NCBI RefSeq assembly: GCF_026571515.1
Contig: NW_026860885.1
Location: forward strand, 1-64,000
Reading direction: 5' to 3'
Origin: Ruditapes philippinarum
Taxonomy: Eukaryota
DNA: 64,000 nt
Shown here: one piece after another, positions 13,473 to 25,662 of the stretch
Layout of the letters: each line of letters opens with the position of its first letter
Position numbering within the stretch: the stretch's first letter is position 1
Made by a program: the position numbers and the translations under genes
The notes under the pieces: generated by a model
Told to the model about the DNA's origin: nothing
Databases searched by the model: none
The model's input: the letters and a program-made list of their open reading frames with translations, nothing else

Positions 13473-13640
13473 AAGACCTATTACTTAAGACCTATTACTT
13501 AAGACCTATTACTTAAAATTTATTACTTAAGACTTATTACTTAAGACCTATTACTTAAGACCTATTACTTAAGACTTATTACTTAAGATTTATTACTTAA
13601 GATTTATCACTTAAGACTTATTACTCAAGATTTATTACCT
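13471..13640. repeat. 14-bp tandem repeat (TTAAGACCTATTAC)n, ~12 copies
   Basis: The periodicity is directly visible. Confidence 0.9.
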
Positions 13641-15639
13641 ATCATTAAAGGCGTATAAATGTATATCCATATTGGCTGTGTAACCTAGTTTTTCTAGTAA
13701 CCTAGTGTAACCATATTTGACACTGCCCTAGAAATCATCAGCACAACCTTTTACACCAATTTCCAGGATATTTTGACTGAAACAGTAGTCTCTATAGTGT
13801 TTTTTCCATATTGGAAACCTATGGCCATCCAGGCTGGGGTCAATTTTGACAATTTAAAATAATTGGTGACACTAAACCTCTTTAAAAAGCATATTCATTT
13901 CCCAAATGAACTAACTTTTGCAAATAATACATAAATAACAAATTCTGAGAATTTTACTTTCCATCATACCTTTGAAAGAGATTGCCTTTCAGTTTTTTAA
14001 GTGGCCATTATGCTTTGTACTAGCTGCTGTTACTTCTGTTTCCGCTTTGTACGATCCTGCAAAGCATAAAAAATACTTTACTAACTATTTCTTATCTTTA
14101 AAGGTGATTCTTTACCTTGTCTGATACTAAATAAGGTTTATACACTGCCACCCTGCTATAAAATTAGCCCCATTTTAATGCCAAGTCCATTATAATGCTC
14201 AAAGAACAAACTTGGTAAAGATTTACAATGTGATCTTTGTGTTGACATATCATTTATCAATCTAACATTTTATATTGAATATATACACACTATTTATTGC
14301 AAAAAACAATACTTATGGTACTTTTCCTTATTTATACATCCAACATCAAGTATCATTTCAATGTGTTCTTTGTATGTATGCAGTCTTTTCAACTTTTAAT
14401 CTTCAAACTTTCTATTAAGCTACCACTCAGAATAAGTGTAGACATATTATCATCTGCTCTGCAATATACGCCCGAATTTATTGCAGGAGGCCACATTAGA
14501 AAGAAAATATCAACAACAGATAATCAATCTTTTAAATGAAAATCTAAAAGAGGATGAGTTTAAATAAAAATGAGAAGAAATATCGGTATGCAAAATGATT
14601 TTTAAGTACACAAAAGACAAAAATAACAATAGAAGAAAATGGAACTTATGTACTTCCGGTACTTTCCGTACATAGCTCTGGGGAGTGTAATAATGAACTT
14701 TTATGGTTTTGGCCTTTCTTGAATTAAAGTGAAATAAAAAAGTTATTTCTTTGAAGATTATATAGTTAAATATCATTGTTCTGTATGAATAATTCCATAC
14801 AAAAAGTAAAGTAAATACACACATTTACGCATAAAATATCTCTATTTATTATGGAAGATGTCACAATGACTGTTTTAATTTAATTGATTTTCATTATAAA
14901 CATTTTTTTTTGAAAATATGCACCTCATATTTTTCATCTGAAACGGTAAAATAATGAAGAAAAATAGAAATATCATGTAAGTGTGTTGTGTACTTCATTT
15001 GGTACACAGCTAAATCCATAACGTACCGGAAAACGGTATTTAGCTAGGTTTTCGAAAAGGTCCAATCCAATACACTTAAAAACTTTCTCAAGGCTTTACT
15101 TAACAGAATGGGATGCTTTAATTATAATCAGGAACCTAGAGCAAATAATATATGAAATAAAGGTCGCTGTTTCATTGCCGCAGATAGTCAGAATACTAGA
15201 TCTAAAATGACCCTGTACCTACTGCTGTAATCGGGACATTTCTTTTTCAACAAAATTGAGAACAAGAAAAATTGTTTCCTATTTAACGTCAACAAAAAGG
15301 TTTCAATAAAGTAGAAATTATTCCAAACAGCGTGCAGTTACATTTAATTATTGACTTATTAATGTATCATACATACCATCTGTAACTGATCCTCAACTTC
15401 ATCCTTTTCGGTCATCGCCTCAATTAAAACATCTTGTTTCTCCCGCCAAATATAGCGCGGTTCAGATAATATGTAAATAATATGTCATAATCTTTAAATA
15501 ATAAGTTATAAGTTATAGATAATAGGTAATAAGTAATAAATTTTAAGTACTAAATTTTAAATAATAAATGTCCCTCCAGGGCTTCCGTACAAATGAGTTC
15601 AAGCATACATGTTGTCATTATCGCAATTTTTTATCTGTT

Positions 15640-16410
15640 TAGACAAGAACGATCAGTGATCACATGTGTCGCCTGATGATAGCAAAACGGAACGGAGCAG
15701 GACAGAATTCTAATTAACGTATACAATACATGCTATTGTTTTTTGTTAATAAAACATCAAATTAAATGTATAATGCCCGTGATAAGCAAGCATGTCAGTC
15801 ATATAATTGAAGATTTACAAGATAGCAATTTAAGGTGTTTTTTATTTTTATTTTTGCTTTAGAGGTATTTATCCTTTAGACACCAAAATCAATATTCGTA
15901 TAAAGAATTTAGACTAAAAAATCATTAAAGGACTATAACTCGGTTATTGAACCTGAAAATGCCGACGGTATGCACACCTAAGAACTGATCATTCCTGTAA
16001 AGTTTGGATGAATTTGCACAACTAGTTTTTGGGGAGTTGTCTGGACGTGTAGCAGGCAACACAAAATTCAATAACAGATCAAAACACCTTTTAAATTCAA
16101 GGGCCAAAATCAGTCATGCGCAAGGACTTGTGTTACCGATCAATCTTGTAAAGTTTCATTGAAATTGCATTAGTGGTATAAGACGAGTAGTCCGGACAAA
16201 CTTTGAAAATAAAAGTTATTAAAGGTCAATTTCTCTGAAAAAATCATTAAATCTTACAATGCCGAGGATATGTCCAAGTAGACATAGTACCTGTAAAGTT
16301 TTGATGTAACTGCACCAGTAGTTTCTGAGAAGTAATCCGGATAAATTTTGTGACTAGCGGGCAGACAGACGACGGAAAAGTGATTCTTATATGTCGCAGG
16401 CCACACAAAA
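15640..16410 (-). mobile_element. HINE/pearl-like element with degenerate core repeats
   Basis: Repeated CCTGTAAAGTTT..TGCAC..TAGT..GAGT(T/A)GTCCGGA cores at ~15995, 16145 and 16290. GCAGACAGACGACGG microsatellite and matching TGTCGC subterminal motifs. Confidence 0.6.
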
Positions 16411-18019
16411 ATGATAGTACAAAACACTATAATAAAATAACCACATAGCGAATTGAAGAAAATCTTAAACGGAAAAAGAAGTAATTAAATGTAGCATATA
16501 AAACACATTTACATCCCATACAAGAACAAAAATGAAAACAAAACAAACAACAAACGTAAACGTGTTATAATTCATTGTTCACTAGTTAGTGATAGAATGT
16601 AATGGTTCCACATTAAGAATATGATACATAATTTTGTCTCCATAGTTACTGCAATATTTTGGCATTTTACTGAGTAAAAATTTATCTTATCATTAATGGG
16701 ATGGATAGTTCAAACAAAAATAGGCACGACAATAAACGAGCATGTTAATAAGCATAACATACACGCTCAATTAGCAATTAGCTCAATTATGTTCTCTAAA
16801 AATCGGAAGCCATTAGCGAATCTGAATTATTTACACTGATATACAAAGTGATATTTGGCAGATTGTTTTTAATGAATATTATTACAAAATGTATCAAAAT
16901 ATTAAAATTTTATTATCTGGTGATATTTTTACAACACTTTTACCAAATTGGCAATACAAAATACGGTACAATGATTCATGGTCAGGGAGAAAAATATGAA
17001 ATGCCAGCTAATAATATGACATTATGAAAAAAAAAACAAAAACACACACACACAATGCAAATCTAAAATGCTTGCGGTATGATTAATATCAGTTGATCTT
17101 TTGAAATGTACGTTATAATAATAACTGCTAATTACTCGGAAATGAGACAAAAGTTAATGTTATTGACATTTTAGAATTGCCTAATATAGAGGGACACAGC
17201 CTTACAATCAATTTAGTTTGTCGAGATTCTGCCTAAACAAACGCATCAAATTACTCCGAAGATTCATTCGATACCTTGTTGGGGACTTTTGTTTTAATTG
17301 TTATACACGAATTTTAAGCATGCATTGAGTGTAATGAAGTTAAATATTTGTCTACAACCAACATGACTTTGAAGTGGCTCATCATCTATATTTGTGTTGG
17401 CTATTTAAATACAGGTTAGTGTTTTTTATTCTATTGTTTGGAAATTTGGAGGTACAAATTAAATAAACTGTGATTTGTAATAATTTGGATGTAACATAAA
17501 AAGAAAATGTCAATGGCCCGTTCGCATTCAAATACTCAGTAATCAAGCAAAATTATCTTTTTACAAATTTAAGAATATTTTTACTATGATGCTGGCATGG
17601 TATCGACAAGATTTTGTGAAATTTGAATTATTATCCTGAGTTTATTGGCCCGGCCGAAAAGCAGTTTACTCGTACATGGTTTCAATTAAGACGCTTGATT
17701 TTCTGTGGAAAGACACGATTTTTTTGCGAGTTGTCAACAAAAATACATAAACATAACATATATGTATTCTTTATTTGGCATAAATTGACAATACATATTT
17801 ACAGCCAATACAATTAACAATCATGTAATGGAAGAACATGATACATAATATAAAGATCTTTACGAATTTGAATGTTTTACAGAGAAAGTTCTTGATGCTA
17901 AGTTCCTGTTATCTATTCTTGTAATGGAAGAACATGATAAATATTATTTAGACCTTAACAAAGTTGAAATGTTGTACGAAAAATGTTCTTGATGCTGCAA
18001 AACTTGAATAAATTGAAGA

Positions 18020-18345
18020 AACTCACTGTTGTCAGTTCTTTCTTTAAATGAAAAATAGAAAAAAATTAACAAGTGAATAAGTTAAAGATACTTACTGTTG
18101 TCAGCTCTTTCTTTAAATGAAAAATACAAAAATTTTGACTAGTGAATAAATTTAAGATACTAACTGTTGTCAGCTCTTTCTTTAAATGAAAAATACAAAA
18201 AAAATTGACAAGTGAATAAATTTAAGGTAATAACTGTTGTCTATTCTTTCTTTAAATTAAAAATCCAAAAAATTGACAAAATTTAATATACTAGCTGTTG
18301 TCTATTCTTTCTTTAAATGAATAATACAAAAATTTTGACAGGTTA
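18020..18345. repeat. ~65-bp tandem repeat (5 copies) at the 3' end of the adjacent LINE
   Basis: Unit CTGTTGTCAGCTCTTTCTTTAAATGAAAAATACAAAA...TTGACAAGTGAATAAATTTAAG, contiguous with the end of LINE ORF2. Confidence 0.85.
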
Positions 18346-20950
18346 TTCAACATTTGCGTGTTTGTTGTAGACATTAGTTTTCCAAATTTATAAATTGATG
18401 GCCAGCGACAATAATATCGTTTTAAGTATTTGCGACGTTAACTTTAGTATTTTGGACAAACTAGCAAAAAATGAAATTCGTTTTCTATCATTGCAATTCG
18501 TACATAGTCTGTTTTCTTGCCCAACGATTTCGTATCGACCCGTTTCGATTGCTACATTATGGGATGACAATCTAAATTTTGTAAGTGATAATTGGAATTT
18601 GTTAATTTTAACTTAATAAAGATATTCTTCAGTTTCGAATGAGCGTTTATAGATGCTGTATGACGACAGCCTACTAGAATTTCTTATATTGTTATACCAT
18701 TCTTGCTTGTAAATGTCCAGTATTCTGTTCTTAATTTGTTGAAAATTGATTGTTATGTGTTCTTGATTAATCCATATGTTCGACATTCCTATTTTATTTA
18801 AAATATGTTTAGTTTAATTTTGCATGCCCAGTTGTTACCACCATAAGAAAGACTGTTTTCTGCATCAAATTTTAAGACATTATACATACGTTTAAGCAGG
18901 CAGTCATTTAGTAAACGAATTAATTTTGTCCAATATTTTAACATGATACATTTACGATGTATTCGCATTCAATTTGGATACCTACCGGTTTAGCCATAAA
19001 AACCATCCAGGTTTGTTGCTTTCTTAACACATAAGATTTTTCTGAGGAATTTACAATGGATATTGTTTTTCCTTCTTGATATCCAAAAACTATAGCACCA
19101 TAGTTTAAAAAGTGAATCTACCATACTATCAAAAAGTCTGATTTTGTCTCCAATAGGTAATTCTAATTGATTTAACACAGTGAATAAATTATGCTTTGAA
19201 AGCGAAGCATGTTGAGCTAATTTCTTTTGAGTTCGATTCCAATGACCATTTTTAAATAAATTTATCCCAGGATATTAAAAAAGATACGTTTTCCAGAACT
19301 ATGTCATTATATACGAAATTGTAACTTGTATGTCTACCTTTTTCAAAAATTATAATTCAACAATCTTTTGCGCCGACGACTTTACACTATTAACAAAAAA
19401 ATCAGTCACTTCATTATATCCTCGTTATCTATAACTCTATCTGTAAGCCTTGAGAATATATTTTCATCTTGCAATAATGATTGTTTAAATTCTATTATTT
19501 TATCGTCATCCCATTTTAATATGATTTCTGCTTTATATTCTTATATTCATCGTCGTATAATGGTTGGACAGACTGTTTACTTAGAATATTAAGCGAGATA
19601 CCCGTGTGATCAGAAAATTCATTCGGTTGTAAAACCAATCTGTGACGCAATCAAAAATCATGAATATTTAAAAGCAAGTAGGCCACTACACTCGATCCAT
19701 TCATTGAATGGTATGTAAATTCGCCTTTACCAAGGTCATCGTGCAATCGACAGTTACCAATGACGAATGATGTTGATTGGCATAGCTCAATCAAGCGCCT
19801 CCCCTTTTTTTATCAATTACCTTATCGCGTGATTTTCGCGTAGGAATACATGGGTGATTCGACAATATATCGTCTGCATCAATATACATGTCATAATCTA
19901 ATATATCCGAAAAATCAGAGGTACGACTATTAAAATCACCTGTAACTAGACATTTACCCTGTAATTTATACTTCTCTAAACCAGTTTCTATTTTTTGCTT
20001 AAAAAAAGTCAAAATCCTAGTTGTCAACAAGTACAAGATTATTTGGAGTTATATATGTATTACAATGTACAAATATAAACATTTTCTTCGAATGCAAAAA
20101 GATTCTTACCAAGTTCTACCCATATAAATCCATTTTGATTTTTTCCACTATTTTTATATCATTTCCTAGGAATTGTTTAAAATACACACTTATACCACCA
20201 CTATATCTGCCTCTATGGGCATAACGCGATTTGTTACCAAATAAATGATCACTATAAAATACATCTATGTTTAGATTAACAGCTGTATTTTTAGATATCC
20301 TTGATTCCGATAAAAAATAATGTCATATTCTTTTATCAAATTAATAAATTCCGGGGCTTTTAATTTCCTACTTAATCCATGTACATTCCGTGACCGAATT
20401 TTAATGTCTTTCTCACGACATCTCCAGTCATAGATAAATACTTTCCCATTAACAAATTTCTGGGTTAACTTATTAACATATAGTTTATTTCACACGATAC
20501 GGGTATTCTTTCCAAGGTTCGTTTCGTCCTTCGCAGAGTCTGAAAGTACTTGTCTTGCATCACGGTATTCTTGTGGCATTTGGACCCCGATGCCCATCTT
20601 CAAATCATTTAGCAGTTTATTAATGTCCTCCTTGTTTGATTTCATTCGGATTTCCTCTTTGTCCGCCGACCGCTGGAAATTTACAACAATTGGCCGTGTT
20701 TTGTTTGCACGGTTACTGCCCAGTCGGTGCATCCTGTTGAATTCTATATTTGTTATATCAAAGCACTCGTATGTTGAAACATTCACACACATCAGCTTAA
20801 CACTTCGGGACCAATTTAAATGTCTTGCTTTGTTGCAAAACATTTTACTTACATTTTCTCCAAATGGAGAGACAATGTTTTCCTATCTCCTTAAACAAAT
20901 GACAGCTCTCTTATTTCATGCAATGAGGGTAGTTTTCGTGGAACCAGGAT
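18300..20950 (-). mobile_element. Internally deleted LINE: ORF1 remnant, APE endonuclease, RT C-terminus and Cys/His tail
   Basis: ORF1 IEFNRMHRLG..RPIVVNF (20490-20843). Endonuclease motifs NVHGL (~20390) and VTGDFNSRT (19791-20036). C-terminal SSHNVAIETGRY..ENRLCTNCN (18388-18570). The RT core is largely missing. Confidence 0.85.
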
Positions 20951-21511
20951 AAAATAAAATCATGCGTAAACATGTTGTTTTCATCTAAAGGCGACCTGTT
21001 TTGCATCTGACATCTGAATTGTTTTAGTCTACCAATGTGTTTACCTTCAGGAACAATAAAATCCATTTTTAACAAATTTAAACATATACTATCTTGTGAA
21101 GTTTAGTATTTTTCTTATTAGATGATAAGGATAGTGCTGTGCAGACATAGTTCTGACTTTATTGTTGATCCTTTGCTTATTAAAAGTTTAAATATCGTTT
21201 AGTTAGTATATAATTAATTGATGTCCGAGGCATTAAGATGAACCAATAAACCATCAAGAGCAAGCGTGTAAGCACTGTTTATATATAAGAAAGACATGTG
21301 GCAAAATTGATGGTTAACTTTCCATTTGGCTTTGACTTGAGCTTTCCCGTCTTAAATAAATCCAGAACTGGTGCGGTAGTAAATTCAAGTAGTGATATTA
21401 CCGTGTGGGAACGCTTACCCTTCAGTTTCAAACAGACATTTGTAAAGGTAGTATTTACAAGGTATACAATACACAGCTAACCTCTCTTTCGCAGCTATTT
21501 TATGCGTCTTG

Positions 21512-22312
21512 TTATTAGCTCACCAGAACCGAAGGTTCAGGGTGAGCTAGTAGTCTCAAAGGGGGATGCTGCGGTGTCCGGCGTCCGTTGCATGCGTCAA
21601 CAATCGTTTTCTTCTCTGAAACTCCTTGGCAGATTTACTTCAAATTTGGTCTGTAGCATCCTTGTGACAGTCACACTTGAATTTGCTCATGTTATTTCAA
21701 CTGGCTCCGTTTAGGGGTCAACAGAGCTAAAAATAGATAACCATTTAAACATTGTCTACTACAGAACTAATTGATGAATGATCACCAAATTTTGTCTGTA
21801 GCAGTCTAGGGTAGTCTTTCATGAAGTTTGCTCATATTAATTTGATTGGCCAAGTGTAGGGGCCGCTAAGGCTAAAAAAAGAAAAACCTTTTAAAATCTC
21901 TTCTACATAACTAATTGATGGATGATCACCAAACTTTGTTTGTAGCATTCTAAAGTAGACTTTTATCAAGTTTGCTAATATTAATTTGATTGGCTCCTTT
22001 TAGGGGCCACTGAAGCAAAAAATAGAAAAACCTTTCAACATCATTTCCTACTGAAATAATCGTTAGATGATCACCAAATTTCGTAGCATTCTTAGGAAGT
22101 CGGTAGTCTTTGATCAGATTAGCTCATATTAATTTGATTGGCTTCGTTTAAGCTAAAGCTTTAATGCCCCAGGTCATGGCATTTCTTCAAGTTATTGTTT
22201 AAACATATTCTATGCTCAAATTTAATATATCAAAAATTGACAATGGATAATTTCCAATTATGAAAAGCAGTTGATACTGGTGAACGACATAGGGCCATCA
22301 TGGCCTTCTTGT
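21512..22312 (+). mobile_element. HINE/pearl-like element with ~4 internal ~120-bp core repeats
   Basis: 5' TAGCTCACC..GGTGAGCTA stem-loop, GTCCGGCGTCCG block, repeated ATCACCAAA.TTTGTCTGTAGCA cores, and 3' GGTGAACG..GGCCATCATGGCC palindrome followed by CTTGTT. Confidence 0.8.
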
Positions 22313-22789
22313 TATTTTTATATTGCTTAAAGCTGTTTTTGAAATACGCGGATTGTACACACGTTAGAAGTAATGTGTGCTTTCAAATGACAGGACAACC
22401 AATGCCCTTTGTATTTTTGAAGCAATTCGACATAGCAATTTTTAAGCATAACATAAACTGCAAAACTATACTATTGTGGCCGGTTGTGGCCATTTCAAAT
22501 CCGCGAAAAAAAAATGTCGTTTCATCATAAAATGTTGCGGGTAACTTATTTCCTACGAGATTTTATGCCGAAATCGTACAAAAGTCGCAGGAAATGTATA
22601 AATATCGATATTTTATAACAGTTGCTGGAGACAGCAAGCAGTGGCCTGTAGCGTCAAAGCGTTGACTACATTTTATCCATTGTTTGTTAATAAAAAGCTG
22701 AGGAACAAAAAGAAATCCGCAACATATTTTGCAAGTATTGTAGAAATTTTACGCAAAGTCTAGTGGAAAAGCTAGGTCAAAATATGATA

Positions 22790-24262
22790 AACAAGATCAA
22801 CAAGGAAAGGCGGCGTTCAATGAACGCAAGCCCCATATGACCCAGCAACAAGAACCAATGGCAAGGAGCCCAGGCGGACCCCAAACAAAAACAGGACAGG
22901 GCAAAGACAGAGCACGGACAGGTTAATCAGTAAATGATAAATAATTTGTAAACTGATTAGGAATTCAAAGAAAAGAATAATAGGCCCACAAAGGGGAAGG
23001 GGACAGGAGACCGGGGGAAGGGGGGGGGTTTAATCAAAGAAATACAAACTAAAGGCAAAAGGGAAGATACTTACCGTAGACGAGAAAACAACAAGGGACA
23101 CAAGCAAAAGTGTCGCCAAAACAGTATGAAACAACATAGACATAAATCTGAGGAACACAGTGGGGCGCCGCCTTGGAACGGTCAGCAGCATAATAATGAC
23201 TGCTGGGGAGCTTAAACCGGTTAATGGTGCACCAAACCTCGCTCTTAGCCCCTTCATGTTCCTATAAACGAGACAGTGTAAATAAAATGAATCCCCGCCG
23301 AGTGAAATTCTAACAGTTGTCATGGTTACAAAAGGTTAAATAAGTAAAACACTAAAATGATCATGTAGAAAGATATAAAAGTAAACCCAATGACCATAAC
23401 AAAAGTACTCAATGTCCTAACGGAAGACAGAGCAACAAGAAAATCCCCTACAAGGGCCCGACGAAGCAAGGCAGAAGACGAACATTAAGACAATTCAGTC
23501 CCAAAGGGCTTTACGAACTATCAATCATAGAGTCTCCCACTTGGTCAGTCAGATGCAACCAAAAGAGGTAAGCGTAGTGTCCAACTGTAAAAGGGTTGAA
23601 CACTAAACATGCAGTATGTCTTAAAATAGTAGGGTCATAACCTCTTTTAATAAAACGTTTAATGATTTTAGTAAAAACAGCAGAAAAATTACCATGACCC
23701 AAAATCTTACGAAGTTTGTAAATCACATCGTTATAAAAACCAGGCTGGCTAATCCCTTGTCGCAGAAGAGTTTTTAAATCACTATTGAATTTAGAAATTA
23801 ATTCAAAGTTACGAGTGTAAAATTTAGTAAAATATTTCCGTAATTTATTATAGCGGTAGCCCTGTTTTAGAAGCTTCCTGGTAATAAAAATATTCCGCTC
23901 GTTGAAATCCTTTACGTTGCTACAAGCTCTAGCGAATCCAATCAACTGAGAAACATAAACCCCGTAAGATGTTGCATGGGGTACGTCTCCATCTAAATGT
24001 GGATAATTAACTATACAAAAGTCAAAGTCATCTCTTTTATCATAGATTTTCGTGTGAATAGAATTGTTGTTGATAGTAATATGAAGATCCAAAAATTTCA
24101 AGAGTTCGTTTTATTAAGTTGTAGTTCATGCGGATAAATGTCAGACACCATCTGATCAAAATAAGCATTATCTAAATTAAAAATATCATCAAGGTATCTG
24201 GAAGTATTATTAAATGCGACTATAACATCTTGTTGTTTATCTTCAGAGAGACTCAACATAAA
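22790..24262 (-). mobile_element. 5'-truncated Penelope-like retroelement (Naiad/Chlamys-type RT C-terminus) with 3' UTR
   Basis: SRYLDDI (RT), then FLDL..KIYDKRDDFDFCIVNYPHLDGDVP..SYGVYVSQL..ARACS, the thumb-region motif typical of this PLE group. Frameshift at ~24100. The 3' region carries a SINE-like TAAACCGG..CTGACCGTTCCAAGGCGG block (23165-23250). Confidence 0.8.
23475..23536 (-). ncRNA. SECIS-like hairpin (degenerate) overlapping the PLE ORF stop
   Basis: Minus strand reads GAGAC-TCT-ATGAT-T-GATAGTTCG-TAAA-GCCCTTTGGGAC-TGAATTGTC-T-TAAT-GTTC-GTCTT. Helix I, the AUGA core, a 9-bp helix II, an apical AAA and a ministem are present. The 3' core reads UAAU rather than UGAU. Confidence 0.55.
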
Positions 24263-25032
24263 GACTCGACTTTTTGTTACGTATAAAATATCATGGCGAT
24301 TAACATCAATTTTTAGCCGCGACTTTTTGCGCAGAGACATTTCCCGGCATGAAAAGTCCAAGCTTAATGCTCAAACTTGACTTTTTACAAGGAATTCATC
24401 AAAACAAAATATCTTGGATTAAAATGCCCGCACCCGGCTACCTAAAGCAGGCATATATTTGCGTGACTTTCTACGACAGAAGTGGGACACAAAAACTCGA
24501 GAGTTTCTATAAGTTGCGACATTATACAACTTCGACATTAAATCTCGCGGATTTAAGAGTTGCACGCGACATTTATAAATCGACGGTAAATTTCTTGCAG
24601 CTTTAAAATGGGCGCTACCGGCCATTATAATATACAGCTGTATACCTAATTAAATACTTTGTTTTGATACTGTCATACAGATATTTTAGTAAGAAGTATT
24701 CTATAAAAAAATCTAATAATTCCTGTGTAAACAAATGAAAGTCAGTAGATGTATAGTTTTATACACTTTAAGTATATAATATGTTTACTTATGAATTATA
24801 TAATGAATTTATTATCTATTGACAAGTTATCTATAAAATATTTATGTCCGTTTATGAAAGGTTTGTATTGTTTCAAGTTATTGATGACAGCTTACCGAAC
24901 TCTTCCAGACCCATATTAAGACATATTTGATATTTTTTATGAGTCGTTAGAGAGAATATTCAAATTAACACCACGGAGATTTTCTCTGTGAAACACCTCA
25001 ATTTGATTGCTGTATTAGAGAATAGAATAAAC

Positions 25033-25224
25033 GATGATACTTAAAACGAGAGCGCAACCTTCACAAACTACCATTCTCATCATAGCTTTGTGTGTATTTT
25101 TTGCATGGAATTCACTATCATTTTCAAATACTAATAAGCCTCTTTTGGTTATACTAATTTAAACCAATATAACTCTCCCTCATCGTTTACCTAGCATATG
25201 TGCATATGTCGAGACATATTAGAG
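25033..25224 (+). other. Candidate signal-peptide first exon (does not join cleanly)
   Basis: ATG at 25033 gives MILKTRAQPSQTTILIIALCVFFAWNSLSFS (hydrophobic core) and there is a GTAAAC donor at 25225, but in-frame stops intervene. Confidence 0.3.
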
Positions 25225-25662
25225 GTAAACTATGAATGGTAAATGAACAAAATTAAATGACTAAAGATAAGATAACAAACGCTTTAAAACACAATGTTAA
25301 TCGTTAACTTATCATTTTTACAACTATTTCTGTGTACCATGAATTTGCAGTTCGAATCTTTAGTAAAGCAGCCACATATTAGATAAAATTTAGATTTCAC
25401 AAAAAAAAATCCATGAAGTGAATCGAACTGTCAACATCATCCAGGCCTTAGCCATCTTTCGTGGGTTTTTATCAGTGTGTCACCGTTGAAATTGTACAGT
25501 TCAGTAAAGCCCTACCCACTGGCCGAAAACCGAAAGCAAAGTCCTTTTTATATATAGTTTTAGCTTTTCTGTTTTCATTATTTTCGAGGGTTCGGGATTC
25601 TACACTTACAACATAATTATCAGAATACCATTTTTTGTCTTCCATTTGATTTTGTTTTGCAG

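Larger units (their letters stand above)
10426..15415 (-). pseudogene. Second (partner) gene of the IS3EU element, spliced, unknown function, pseudogenised
   Basis: Phase-0 exons with canonical GT/AG: 15415-15377 (MTEKDEVEDQLQM), 14056-13970 (DRTKRKQK*QQLVQSIMAT*KTERQSLSK, two TAA), and 11243 onward (HTSPYTRSGRGRGRRSEYKVPIGWQHFSKGKYRIVMQRNGGGTQYI). A +2 slip in (TA)n at ~11101-11112 is followed by KNSDEEVTVDEILVEGKAFYLKDGKSKFG, which runs into ORF 11001-10426. Further degraded exons may lie at ~6830-7200. Confidence 0.7.
2482..15589. mobile_element. IS3EU-type DNA transposon, 13.1 kb, both termini present, now decayed
   Basis: Left end TACGGAAGCCCTGGAGGGACATTTATTATTTAA (from 2482) is the exact reverse complement of the right end (15557-15589). 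CAAATG lies directly outside both ends (2476-2481, 15590-15595), giving a 6-bp TSD. TAY..RTA termini with a 6-bp TSD are the recalled IS3EU signature. Encodes an IS3-like DDE transposase. Subterminal (TTATTAC)n arrays are inverted at both ends. Confidence 0.9.
22472..24629. mobile_element. Non-autonomous IS3EU-like element (TAT...ATA) hosting a nested Penelope-like retroelement
   Basis: Left TATTGTGGCCGGTTGTGGCCATTTCAAA versus reverse complement of the right end TATAATGGCCGGTAGCGCCCATTTTAAA. Flanks CTATAC (22466-22471) and ATATAC (24630-24635) give a 6-bp TSD with one mismatch. Confidence 0.6.

Noticed and set aside
13970-14056. Alternative genetic code (TAA read as Gln) in the partner gene
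   Set aside because: Other lesions (frameshifts, insertions) show ordinary decay, and neighbouring genes use standard stops.
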